Below are positions 30,305 to 41,597 of a stretch of DNA of 64,000 bases, one piece after another. The translations under genes and the position numbers were made by a program. Numbering within the stretch: position 1 is the stretch's first letter; each line of letters starts with the position of its first letter. The notes beneath the pieces are model-generated. The model saw only the letters and a program-made list of their open reading frames with translations, ran no database searches and was not told the DNA's origin. The stretch is from an uncultured Acidobacteriota bacterium (GTDB lineage: Bacteria > Acidobacteriota > Blastocatellia > RBC074). Where the stretch lies: NCBI GenBank assembly GCA_963796275.1, contig CAWCKY010000006.1, positions 32,001-96,000 on the forward strand, written 5' to 3'.

Positions 30305-33300
30305 TTATGGTGACAACGTGAGAACCGAAGGGATACGGGCTGGCTCAGCTATTCGCAATAACCCATACCCGATGCCGGCCAGTCCGGTCATCAGCCCCGG
30401 AGATTCAATCCCCGAGGGCACGCCGCAGACCGGCCCATGTATTTCTAAATCCTGAAGGATAATGGCCGAAATTCGCTCGATCAGGGCTCCGCCGTCATTC
30501 AGCATGGCCCTGGCCTGCAAGAGAAAATCGAGATTGCCCAGGTCGCCGTGACACAAACTGTGGCTCTGGCCGAATCCCCGGGCGAGTGTCAGTTCGAGGG
30601 CCACTCTTATCTCTGCCTGCACCTTTTCATCATCGATCCGCGTGAGCGAAGTCAATCGCCCCAGCCCGATTCCAGGCGCGCCGTGGCACCAGGCCGTCAT
30701 AATATGCCCTTGATCCCTAGTTTCGCGCCGGCGCGGATCTAACCACCCTTGACCCGTCGGCAAAAAGAGGCTCCGCTCATACTCGATAGCTGCGACTGCA
30801 GCACTCCGATAGCGATCCGCATTAGTCACCGCCGCCAACTTCAAAAGCGCCCAGGCGATACCGGCAGCCCCATGCGAGAAACCTGCCAATGGTGTATCTC
30901 CCATGGCGCGCCCGCTCCACCCAATGCCCGTGTTCATTGGTTTACTGCAGGCGATCAGTCGATCTCCGCACTGAGCAGCGACGGCCAGGCTGCGTGCTGA
31001 GCCGGTGCAGTGATGCATACTCAGCAACGCGCCGATGCAGCCGGCAGAGCCTGCGATTACGTCATAGGAGTCATCCCTCTCGATCAAATTGGAAACCAAG
31101 TCGATGATATCTTCAGCCTGCTCGAAGAAAACACGGTCGCGCCAGAGCGCGCCAAGACGCGTCAGGGCATAGATCACTCCGCCCCAACCGCTAAAGCCGC
31201 CGATCAAGGTCAATGACGTCCGCAGTTTCTCGACCTGTCGTTCCATCTGTCTGGAAGCGGCTCGCGCCAGGGCGATGTAACGCTCTTCTCCAGTGAGGTC
31301 TCCGAGGCAGGCGAGAAAAAGAGCGACTCCCGCCACACCGCCGTAGAGATCGACTCCCAAAGGCCTTAATGACCAGGATCGTTCATTGACCGAGGTGAGG
31401 CCTATCCAGGTAGCATCGTCACCACCACGTATGGCTAGCCGCTCCAAACGATCTCCGATCCGGCTGGCCATTTTCAGAAGGACCGAACGCTCAACCGGGC
31501 ATTGATGAGCTTGAGGCTCGGATGATCGAGGGACCGATCTCAGCGAACGCGGTGGCTCCAGAGAGGGTGGCACTAATGAGGCGCGAATAAACCATACTTG
31601 TCTCTCCATATCTTCTTCGCTCAACTCTGAGATCAGAGCTCGGGTCCGGTCCAGCCCTGAATCACGCATCCAGCCTGGAATTCTACGCCCGGCACTGCTC
31701 CATAAATCGAGCGCGCCAACCCGCGTAGTGAAGATGGGGATGTCGCCGCGTTGTAGATCATCGTGCTCATCAGAAATCACGCGAGCCAGCTCAGGCTGAT
31801 GCTCCGCGGCCACCCAGAGCCGGTCGAAGTACCGGTCGCGGTCAAGTCCGCGGCGCAACAGATTCGGATGATAGCTCTCCTGCAGCAGGCGCCCGTAGGT
31901 TGTGGTCGGACGCAAAATGACGCGAATTTCATCATCCGCGAAACGAGCAAGAGCGCCGTTTTCAGCTAATAATTCGCAACCATGTTTTTGAAGTATGCGA
32001 TAGATATTCGTGAAACCCGCAATAATGGCTTCGCTATATTCCGGCAAGTTAACCTCAACCCCGTTTAGAGACGCTCGATTCTGTCCGACCGGTATCGCCG
32101 TTCGCTTGCGCGAAATCCTCATCTCATCGCTTCCGGCATCTTCTACATATGGCACTTCGAATGGGGTGAGTTGACCAGGAGCCCCTCCCAGGCCGCTGAT
32201 ATCAATCCCTTCACCTTCTTCATTGAGCCAGAGCTGGCTGGGAAGCAGACCGACGCGTAACACTGAACGCTCCATAGACTCATCGGCCAACCACTCCGAA
32301 TCGGTTCCCGGATCGGAGACAAGGCCAGGATGAAAGAGCGATTCCAGATCGATCAGAACCGGATGCTCTCCCGCGGCGATCAGGTTCTCCAGATGGAAAT
32401 CTGTCGCCCGCAGCAGATGGAGCAAAGCCAGATATTCGCCCTGCCGTCGATAAAAGCGCTCGACATCGGTTATCGATGCGCAGCTCTCCGCCGCGACAAA
32501 TTCCTCCCATCCATACTTCCCACGATCGAGCACCTTCAGCGTTCGCAGCGGCGGAGAGGCGCCATGGTCATTCAACCACTCGATCAGTTCCTGGAAGTGA
32601 AGGTCAACGGCGAGCGATCTGGGTTTATAAACGATCTTGAAACCTAAGCCGAACGTCGCAATCAGGACCGACCTGCCTTCTCTATGGTGATCTCCGGCTC
32701 CGGCCTGAATCTCCGCCAGGACGCCTATGTCCCGTCCTGCGCCGAATTCGGCCAGAATAAGATCCCAGTCGTGACAGAGGTGTTGCAGAAATTCGAGACT
32801 GTAGTCGACCCAGCAATTGATGCGAGTCGTGATCTGCCGCGCCAGCACCGGGTACTCTTCCAATAACGCCAACGTCTTATCCGGTTCGCGGAGACTCTCC
32901 ACAAAACTATTGAATCTCGCCTTCGGGGTATCTCCGTTGAGTTGACCGCGCAGCCGCGCAACATTTAGCTCAAGGATCAGCGTCGGTGCCAGCACCTGAA
33001 TTACCGATGCCAATAGACTGGGGATAAATTTCGCATCGATGGTTTCTGCGTCGAAAGGCAATCCCTGCCGCTCCTCAGCCACCGCTTCAATTCCCGCGCG
33101 CAAGCGATCAAGAGCACGATCAAGCAGTGGTTCGATTACAAACAACAACTTCCACTGATCCGGTTTGTTTTCCCCTTGCGTCGGGGCGCTTGCGAACAAC
33201 CGCTTCGCGCTCCTCTCCTTCTCTCCGCTCTTACCGCCAAACGCCTCGCTCAGTTGCTGAAGCCAAGGGGGCGCTATTGGCCAACGCTCACGTAGCGATT

Positions 33301-33535
33301 CGATGGTCTCTCCCAACAAATATTTCAAACCTTCTTCATTGATTCCATAAATATCAAACCGCTGTAAGAAGAGCTTCTCCTGGTCAAATGGCGCATCGGT
33401 CCGCCATCGCTCCAATAACTGTGCGGCTCGTTCAGCATCGATTTTTCCTGGTAAAGGATGTGAAAGCGCGCGCAACGATTCGATGCGCTCGCTGAGAGTG
33501 ATAGCCTCATACCAGGCAAGGGTTTGTTCTGTCAT
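30305..33535 (-). CDS. lanM: Class II lanthipeptide synthetase LanM
   Basis: 1076 aa; dehydratase motifs GDHH..G, IVYKPR, TDFHLENLIA, LIDLESLF, RPT..Y, DIPIF; cyclase motifs GFSHGAAG, WCHGAPG, LCHGDLG. Confidence 0.95.
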   Translation of the reverse strand: MTEQTLAWYEAITLSERIESLRALSHPLPGKIDAERAAQLLERWRTDAPFDQEKLFLQRFDIYGINEEGLKYLLGETIESLRERWPIAPPWLQQLSEAFGGKSGEKERSAKRLFASAPTQGENKPDQWKLLFVIEPLLDRALDRLRAGIEAVAEERQGLPFDAETIDAKFIPSLLASVIQVLAPTLILELNVARLRGQLNGDTPKARFNSFVESLREPDKTLALLEEYPVLARQITTRINCWVDYSLEFLQHLCHDWDLILAEFGAGRDIGVLAEIQAGAGDHHREGRSVLIATFGLGFKIVYKPRSLAVDLHFQELIEWLNDHGASPPLRTLKVLDRGKYGWEEFVAAESCASITDVERFYRRQGEYLALLHLLRATDFHLENLIAAGEHPVLIDLESLFHPGLVSDPGTDSEWLADESMERSVLRVGLLPSQLWLNEEGEGIDISGLGGAPGQLTPFEVPYVEDAGSDEMRISRKRTAIPVGQNRASLNGVEVNLPEYSEAIIAGFTNIYRILQKHGCELLAENGALARFADDEIRVILRPTTTYGRLLQESYHPNLLRRGLDRDRYFDRLWVAAEHQPELARVISDEHDDLQRGDIPIFTTRVGALDLWSSAGRRIPGWMRDSGLDRTRALISELSEEDMERQVWFIRASLVPPSLEPPRSLRSVPRSSEPQAHQCPVERSVLLKMASRIGDRLERLAIRGGDDATWIGLTSVNERSWSLRPLGVDLYGGVAGVALFLACLGDLTGEERYIALARAASRQMERQVEKLRTSLTLIGGFSGWGGVIYALTRLGALWRDRVFFEQAEDIIDLVSNLIERDDSYDVIAGSAGCIGALLSMHHCTGSARSLAVAAQCGDRLIACSKPMNTGIGWSGRAMGDTPLAGFSHGAAGIAWALLKLAAVTNADRYRSAAVAAIEYERSLFLPTGQGWLDPRRRETRDQGHIMTAWCHGAPGIGLGRLTSLTRIDDEKVQAEIRVALELTLARGFGQSHSLCHGDLGNLDFLLQARAMLNDGGALIERISAIILQDLEIHGPVCGVPSGIESPGLMTGLAGIGYGLLRIAEPARIPSVLTLSP

Positions 33536-33968
33536 TGTATTAAATTTTCTACTGATTTTTTTGGTGTATGCTGTGATAAGTCAGCATCAGTCATTGCAAA
33601 TTGATAAGCGCTTTCACGCTGAGGTGCAGTGATTTGACAGAATATGTCGTGTTTGCTTTGAGGCTTGGGATCGATTGTAGCTAACCTAATTCAGGTATTT
33701 GGGGATCACGGAAAGAGTCATATCCCCCATCGAACGTGATACGAGTTTGCGTTTCGACCTGGCCGATAAGTGACCGCGATGCAGTTAAACTCGATAAGAT
33801 CGATCACTCATCATGCTCAGTTTAGAAGAAATGTCAGATTAAGTGGTGACTGTAGCGATGCACTCAAAAACGTAGAAAAAATGAACGCGAGCCGGTCGGA
33901 ACGATAAGCCGGCATCATCATGCGCACATTGTTTCTGCCCGGTTCGGAACCGTCCGTCAGGAGGCGCA

Positions 33969-34367
33969 CTACGAATCACGGCGTTCTATCAGGTCCCACA
34001 GATTGCCATACAGATCTTTAAATACGGCGACCGTGCCGTAAGTTTCCTCCTTCGGCTCTCTCTCGAACTTTATCCCCAACGACTTCATTTCATTATAGTC
34101 ACGCCAAAAATCATCTGTTTCCAGGAAGAGAAAGACGCGCCCGCCTGTCTGATTCCCAATGAATTCCGTCTGCTCGGGCGTTGACGCTCGCGCCAGTAGT
34201 AAGGTAGTTCCGGTCGATCCCGGAGGAGAAACGACAACCCATCGTTTATTCTGCTCGGGTTGATAGGTGTCCTCGACAAGCGTGAAGCGTAGTTTCCTGG
34301 TAAAAAATTCGATAGCCTCATCGTAGTCGCGAACCACCAGCGCCATATGAATAATGGATTGTTTCAT
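33969..34367 (-). CDS. VOC/glyoxalase family protein
   Basis: ALVVRDYDEAIEFF...KRWVVV.P...TLLLARA...YGTVAVFKDLYGNLWDL. Confidence 0.92.
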   Translation of the reverse strand: MKQSIIHMALVVRDYDEAIEFFTRKLRFTLVEDTYQPEQNKRWVVVSPPGSTGTTLLLARASTPEQTEFIGNQTGGRVFLFLETDDFWRDYNEMKSLGIKFEREPKEETYGTVAVFKDLYGNLWDLIERRDS

Positions 34368-34718
34368 CTAAACCCTCAAAAAGGATACTCCATCCATAGC
34401 GAATAAACTTGGTGAGCTTGGGTGGAGAGGGATGTTGAGATCGAAGGAAGCACGGAGGGCTTAACCCCTTCATGCTTTCTTCAATGATTCGTCTGAATCA
34501 TGACGTAGCAAAGGATTGGGTAATGAGCTCGCTTTTTAAAATTGGATGCCACATTCGAAAGGAGAAATGGATGCCATTATCAACTTCGACAATTGTTCCG
34601 TAGCTATAGGGAAAGGTAGCGAGCTTGCTTTCAGACATTGGACATCTCCAGTAATGACGAACAAGTTGTCATTTTGAATCATTCCTATGCTGATGGAGTT
34701 TCGGCGAACGACAGCTCA

Positions 34719-35183
34719 CTATGTGTAATACCTCACCAGCCATTCGGCGGCGCAGCAGGGCTTATCTCCGCCTTCGCGCTCGATCGTGATGGCCCAAGCC
34801 AACTGCCGGCCATCCGGGATCTCTTCAAGCGATTGCAAGGTGACGCGCGCGCGAATCTTCGATCCAGCGGGAACCGCCGATGGGAAGCGGACTTTGTTCA
34901 ACCCGTAATTGACGCTCATCCTGATCGGCAGTTTGATTTTGATCGTCTCCGACATCAGTTGGCTGAGCAGCGACAGCGTCAGAAACCCATGCGCGATTGT
35001 GGTTCCGTATGGCGATTCGGTCTTCGCCCGTTCGACATCGACGTGAATCCACTGATGGTCGCCCGTGGCGTCGGCGAAAAGATTGATGAGGTCCTGCGTG
35101 ACCTCGAACCAATCGCTTACGGCGACCTCAAGCCCCGTCAACGAACGCAATTCTTCGACACTGGTGATCTCTCTTACCGGCAT
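34719..35183 (-). CDS. MaoC-family dehydratase (NodN-like)
   Basis: SDWFEVTQ..INLFADATGDHQWIHVD..RA...PYGTTIAHGFLTLSL, NYGLNKVRFP; probable start ATG 35183. Confidence 0.92.
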   Translation of the reverse strand: MPVREITSVEELRSLTGLEVAVSDWFEVTQDLINLFADATGDHQWIHVDVERAKTESPYGTTIAHGFLTLSLLSQLMSETIKIKLPIRMSVNYGLNKVRFPSAVPAGSKIRARVTLQSLEEIPDGRQLAWAITIEREGGDKPCCAAEWLVRYYT

Positions 35184-35607
35184 AAACTTTTTCTCCCTTG
35201 ACGACTTGGCGGTTACGAAGCGCAAAGCCGTGCGATTCTAAAACGGCGGGCTTGCGGTTACAAGACTCGGTTCTGTTGCAAATAAACCAGGATATTTATA
35301 TTGTCGTGCGCTTTGCCGCCGAAAAGATAGCCAACAAAAATCAAGGCGAAATGGCTGATCAAATGCTTGTTGGACATGGTCTGGGAACAAATACAGTTAG
35401 CACTCTACCTATCCGTGACATGTTGCTTCGACTCCTATACTCCGGGATATACACATTCGTCGGAAAACCACTTCTTGCCCGCCACGAAATAGGGAAAGGT
35501 CTGCTTGGCGTAAGATGTGTTACCTTGATGGAGCCGTTATTCGTATCGTAAAACTCTTCCCGTGTCGTTGTGAGGGATGTTACGATTCAAGCTGATTTGT
35601 TGGCTGA

Positions 35608-36807
<1,200 letters not shown>

Positions 36808-37206
36808 CCTCTGTGGCGAGCTCCATTACTACGATGCCTATGAAAGAGGCTACTTTTACCCTCAAAAGGGAGCCTTTACCGTGTGATCAAATCAGGATTT
36901 CTCGTGAGTGGCCTTTGAAGAGGAGGAGCGAGTTCGAATTCGCGATATACACCCCTCTCTGACAATTTTATTATATCAAAGTCTCGCCCGGAATGCAGGT
37001 TTTAGGCCCTCAAAAAACACCATCAAAAACTTGCCTGAATTTTCCCACTGTAGATGATGTCGAAGGCTAACTTCAGAGCCGAAGAAGGCGCACTCTCCAC
37101 ACAGATAGCGCTCTTAATGAAAGAAGATTGTGAGCCTTTGATGCACTGGTGGCCAGTGTCGTACCGGCGCGCCGGAAGCTCACAACCGATCAGTTGTCGT
37201 TATTGA

Positions 37207-38736
37207 TTGAAAATACAGGAGATGATAATGCCAGGCATCATGAGTGACTATGGTAGAACAGATCACAAGTCCATGACCGAACATGCGGTGGTGATCGCAG
37301 GAGGAGGTCCGACGGGGCTGATGTTGGCGGCCGAGTTGGCGTTGGCGGGGGTCGACGTTGCCATTGTCGAGCGGCGCGCCAGCCAGGACATCATTGGCTC
37401 GCGCGCGGGCGGTCTGCATTCACGCACCATCGAAGTTCTCGATCAGCGTGGAATTGCCGACCGGTTTCTCTCGCAGGGACAGTTGCATAAAGTCGTGCAC
37501 TTCCACATCCCTCTGGACATCAGCGACTTTCCCACCCGGCACAACTATGTGCTCGGGCTGTGGCAGAACCATATCGAGCGCATCCTGGCCGGCTGGGTCG
37601 GTGAGCTGGCGGTACCGATCTATCGCGGACATGAAGTGACAGGTTTCGCGCAGGACGACACCGGCGTCGACGTCGAGTTGTCCGACGGCAACTCGCTGCG
37701 GGCGGAATATCTCGTCGGCTGCGACGGAGGACGCAGTTTGATCCGTAAAGCAGCCGGCATCGAGTTCCTCGGGTGGGATCCGACGACGAGCTGGTTGATC
37801 GCCGAGGTCGAGACGTCCGAGGAGCCGGAATGGGGCTTCCGCCACGACGCCCTTGGTACCCACGGGATCGGCAAGATGGAGGATGGGCGGCGGATGCGGG
37901 TGGTGCTGACCGAACAGCAGGTAGGACCGGCCAGCGAACCGACCCTGCGCGATGTCAGTGAAGCGCTGATCGCCGTATACGGGACAGACTATGGGATCCA
38001 CAGTCCCACCTGGATCTCCAGGTTTACCGATATGACGCGGCAGGCAGCGGCCTACCGCGTCAGACGGGTCCTGCTGGCCGGCGACGCCGCACACGTGCAT
38101 CCTCCGGTGGGTGGACAGGGCCTCAATATCGGTGTGCAGGACGCTGTGAATCTGGGATGGAAGCTGGCCCAGGTGGTCAACGGGACGTCGCCCGAAAGCC
38201 TTCTGGATACGTACCACGCCGAGCGTCACCCGGTCGCTGCTCGCGTGCTACGCAACACGATGGCGCAAATGGCGATTCGCCGCCCAGACGACCGCACGAA
38301 GGCCTTGGGCGACTATGTTTCCGAGCTCCTCAGCATGGACGAGCCTCGCAGACGATTAGCCGCGGAGATGTCTGGCCTGGACATTCATTACGACCTCGGC
38401 GAGGGACACCCGCTGCTGGGACGCCGTATGCCCGATCTCGACCTGGTCACCGCGAGCGGCCCGCTGCGCGTCTTCTCACTCCTTCACGATGCGAGGCCGG
38501 CGTTACTCAACCTCGGTGAGCCCGGCAGTTTTGACATTACCCCATGGGCAGATCGGGTTCAGTTAATCGACGCCGAATACTCTGGTATCTGGGAGCTTCC
38601 GGCACTCGGGGCGGTCACTTCTCCCTCCGCCGTGTTGATTCGGCCCGACGGATATGTGGCCTGGATGGGAGATCTAATCCAGGTAGGGCTCGCCGACGCG
38701 CTAACCACCTGGTTTGGACCGCCTACTGCGGCGTAG
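37207..38736 (+). CDS. FAD-dependent monooxygenase (PheA/TfdB, Rox-related group A)
   Basis: GGGPTGL, YLVGCDGGRS, LAGDAAHVHPPVGGQGLN, C-terminal LIRPDGYVAW; true start probably 37225-37273. Confidence 0.9.
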   Translation: MKIQEMIMPGIMSDYGRTDHKSMTEHAVVIAGGGPTGLMLAAELALAGVDVAIVERRASQDIIGSRAGGLHSRTIEVLDQRGIADRFLSQGQLHKVVHFHIPLDISDFPTRHNYVLGLWQNHIERILAGWVGELAVPIYRGHEVTGFAQDDTGVDVELSDGNSLRAEYLVGCDGGRSLIRKAAGIEFLGWDPTTSWLIAEVETSEEPEWGFRHDALGTHGIGKMEDGRRMRVVLTEQQVGPASEPTLRDVSEALIAVYGTDYGIHSPTWISRFTDMTRQAAAYRVRRVLLAGDAAHVHPPVGGQGLNIGVQDAVNLGWKLAQVVNGTSPESLLDTYHAERHPVAARVLRNTMAQMAIRRPDDRTKALGDYVSELLSMDEPRRRLAAEMSGLDIHYDLGEGHPLLGRRMPDLDLVTASGPLRVFSLLHDARPALLNLGEPGSFDITPWADRVQLIDAEYSGIWELPALGAVTSPSAVLIRPDGYVAWMGDLIQVGLADALTTWFGPPTAA

Positions 38737-38772
38737 CGAGCCGGCCTTGAGCGGGATCCATTTGTGATGTCT

Positions 38773-38836
38773 GTGTCCTTCGGGAGCCGGATTGACTAAT
38801 TTATTGCCGTGTCAATCCTGGCTCCCGAAGGGACAC
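38773..38836. repeat. Hairpin (REP-like or terminator) after the monooxygenase gene
   Basis: gtgtccttcgggagccggattgac ... gtcaatcctggctcccgaagggacac. Confidence 0.7.
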
Positions 38837-39197
38837 GATGCGGTAAAGAGCAAGATGAAATCTCGGCAAATCGTTGGTGAGGGGGGCTCTATTGGTGAGC
38901 AAAGTTCTGGTGAGCAGGAGCATTTAACAGGTCTTGTTAGAGTGAGCATAGCCGAGAGTGAATCTACGCTCGTTCCTTATTACCCATCAAAGTTTCCGAA
39001 CTGAAGGCCAAAACCTTCAACGTAGATGGACTTGTAATCACAATTAAGAAACTCGATGACAAAGACCTTTCAGCCCAGTAGGGTATATAGAGATTCTACT
39101 GGAGAACGTAGCGAGCAATCCCATAACATTTCAGCCAAGCCGGCTCGCGGTTGTGGGCAATGACAACAAGCAAGCATTTTTGTCATATCAGCACCTA

Positions 39198-39416
39198 TAC
39201 GGGTTGAACAAAGTCCGCTTCCCATCGGCGGTTCCAGCCGGATCGAATATCCGCGCGCGCGCCACCTTGCAATCGCTCGAAGAGACCCCGGAGGGCCGGC
39301 AGTTGGCTTGGGCCATCACGGTAGAGCGAGAAGGCGGAGATAAGCCCTGCTGCGTCGCCGAATGGCTGGTGAGGTATTACACATAGTGAGCTGTCGTTCG
39401 CCCAAACTCCATCAGC
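39198..39416 (+). pseudogene. Inverted partial duplicate of the maoC 3' end plus downstream sequence
   Basis: YGLNKVRFPSAVPAGS...AEWLVRYYT* followed by tgagctgtcgttcgcc.aaactccatcagc; reverse complement of ~34689-34907 with scattered substitutions. Confidence 0.9.
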
Positions 39417-39561
39417 CTTTTAATTCTCACAGATAACATCTAATGACGACGACGACTATCTATCAATGTATGAGGAATTTCCCGACACGCTAGAGCCTGT
39501 TATTAACTTTCACTACAAAGATTGACTGCTTACTGCTTCGCGGCACTACAGTAAAGTCGTC

Positions 39562-40288
39562 CTACCTCACGGTGAGGTGGTAAGTCACGTTTTGCGAAAA
39601 GCCAGCGAATGGACCAGATACAAGAGCCGCTTCAAAGTGGAGCACGTGGGTACCCGGGGATAGAGGCTTGAGCATCAGCCAGTAACCGTCAGATGCCGAA
39701 CGGCCAGAGGTCACATTTGGAAGAAAGAGGATATTATTCTGTGCTGGCATCCTGAAGTCGAACGGCGGGGACTCCACGCGAAACCGCTTCAGGTGCTTCA
39801 CCTTTACCCCATCGATGGTCGCATTCAAGGTGCTTCTGCCTACGTCATTTATGAACGCTTGGGCGCAGCCGAGCCGTTCCTCGTCAGTGCTGCCGAAGAA
39901 CGGAGGCGATTCCACGTTCGAGCACTCCACGTTGATGAGCGGGAAAAACAAGGGCTTCTCGGATGGCACAGTGCACCCACGGGTTACGGGCTCCCCCGTA
40001 GCTGTGCCCGCAAGAAAGAAGACCGGGCGCGATTGATGGATTCTGCAATTTCCCCCTGTGGTATCAAAGCTTGGGTTGCTAGGCACGGGTATCGAGAAAT
40101 TCCACTCCCACCATTCCGCCGACCACTCCCCATAAGTCTTGCCAAACACAGTCGCGTACGGCGGAAAAACGCTGGCGTTATGATTGTTGCCAGCCTGGGT
40201 TAATGGCATCGTTGTCGGCACCACGAGCCCAAAGATGATTACGATACTTGTCACCGCGCTTCGCCAAAAGTTCATGCTACTTTGCATT
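39562..40288 (-). CDS. Hypothetical secreted protein (W-W-x-W / PVFFLAG / SDGYWLML type)
   Basis: Signal peptide from ATG 40288 (RBS AGGAG); YGEWSAEWWEW..SIP, PVFFLAG, DGYWLMLKPL.PG.H.L.F; function unknown. Confidence 0.75.
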
Positions 40289-40872
40289 GTAAGACTCCTT
40301 TCGAGGGGATCTCCTAGAGAGAGGAGATCAATCTGAACCAATCAAGTTTTTTATCGCAAAGAGACAAAGGGGACGAAGAAGACAAACCAAATCAGGCTTT
40401 TGCCTCTTCGATCGTTTTATCCTTTGTTTTTATTTGATCACTTCTTATCGTTAACTTTCCAAGTCGTGTCTGGTTAATCGAAATTCGGGAAGTTGGCTGA
40501 AATTCGGCGCGACCCGTGCCGTTGATCTACATATCGGCGCTGACTGGCTGACTTTATGGCCTTTTACGATTAAGAAAAATAGTATGACGAGTTCAAGGAA
40601 ATATTCCCTCTCGTCTTATCGTGACTAAAAAGTGGCAAATATTTCAAGAAATATTTTATTTCTTGAACTGGAGTTTCGGGAGGATTGTCACCGAACCTCT
40701 GTTTCGCCCGTGGGTGGGAACGGTCGAAGCCAGCCTACGCAGCAGGTGCACGGCAGAGGGTTGAAGCAGGCGTGGGGTTTGCGTTCTGAGACATTCGATG
40801 CCATCGCGAATAATCTGCCGTACCTATGCGGCCAGCCGCCAGCGAGGCGCGTTTTCTCTGACGGTATGCACA

Positions 40873-41200
40873 TCATTTCGCTCCAAGGTATTTGAGCATG
40901 AACTCCTGCATGGCAATGTAGGCGTCCTCAATCTGGGTCCGGTCGCCGCCGACAAAGGCATGTTCTCCCTTGTCGATCGATACCAAGATATAGGGAACAC
41001 CATGCTTCTTGAATTGATCGGCCATCTTTAGAGATTCCTCGAAAGGCACATCTGTATCCATGGTTCCATGCATCCAGTATGTCGGCGGGAACTCGCGTGT
41101 CACATTCTTGACGGGCTCATAGGGCGCGATTTCCCGAGCAATCGAATCCGGATTGAACCCGCTTACTTCTTGAGGCCAAAGCCCGTTCTGGCGGTAATAC
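40873..41200 (-). pseudogene. Alpha/beta hydrolase C-terminal fragment
   Basis: FPPTYWMHGTMDTDVPFEES...GEHAF; N-terminal half absent. Confidence 0.7.
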
Positions 41201-41206
41201 TGATAA

Positions 41207-41470
41207 ATGGCTTTGGCGACACGGAAGGGTACCGGTTACTACAAGGTACCGTCACTCAAAGGTGTCTGGTATCGCGGGCATTATGTACATGATGGCTCAG
41301 TCGCGAGTTTGGAAGAGATGTTCGACTCGGACCGCCTGAAAGATACCCGCGTGCCTGGAGGATGGAGTCCGCCGGGTGTAAAGACTCGTGCAATTAAAGG
41401 CCACGAATTCGGGCTGAACCTGTCGGCGGAAGAGCGCACTGCATTGATCGCGTTCCTGCGGATGCTGTAG
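41207..41470 (+). pseudogene. C-terminal fragment of a di-heme cytochrome c peroxidase-like protein
   Basis: YKVPSLKGVWYRGHY.HDGSVASLEE...KGHEFGL.LS.EE..ALIAFL; abuts the hydrolase fragment back-to-back. Confidence 0.7.
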
Positions 41471-41597
41471 CGCCCTCTGGAGATGTGCTTGGAGTGTTTA
41501 GCGACGCCGGCGTCTACGCCTTCTTCGGCCTACGGCGCCTGGGAACGGTCCCTGGCGCTCCAGGTATTCCCGGCAGTCCTGGCGCCAGCGGGCGTTT

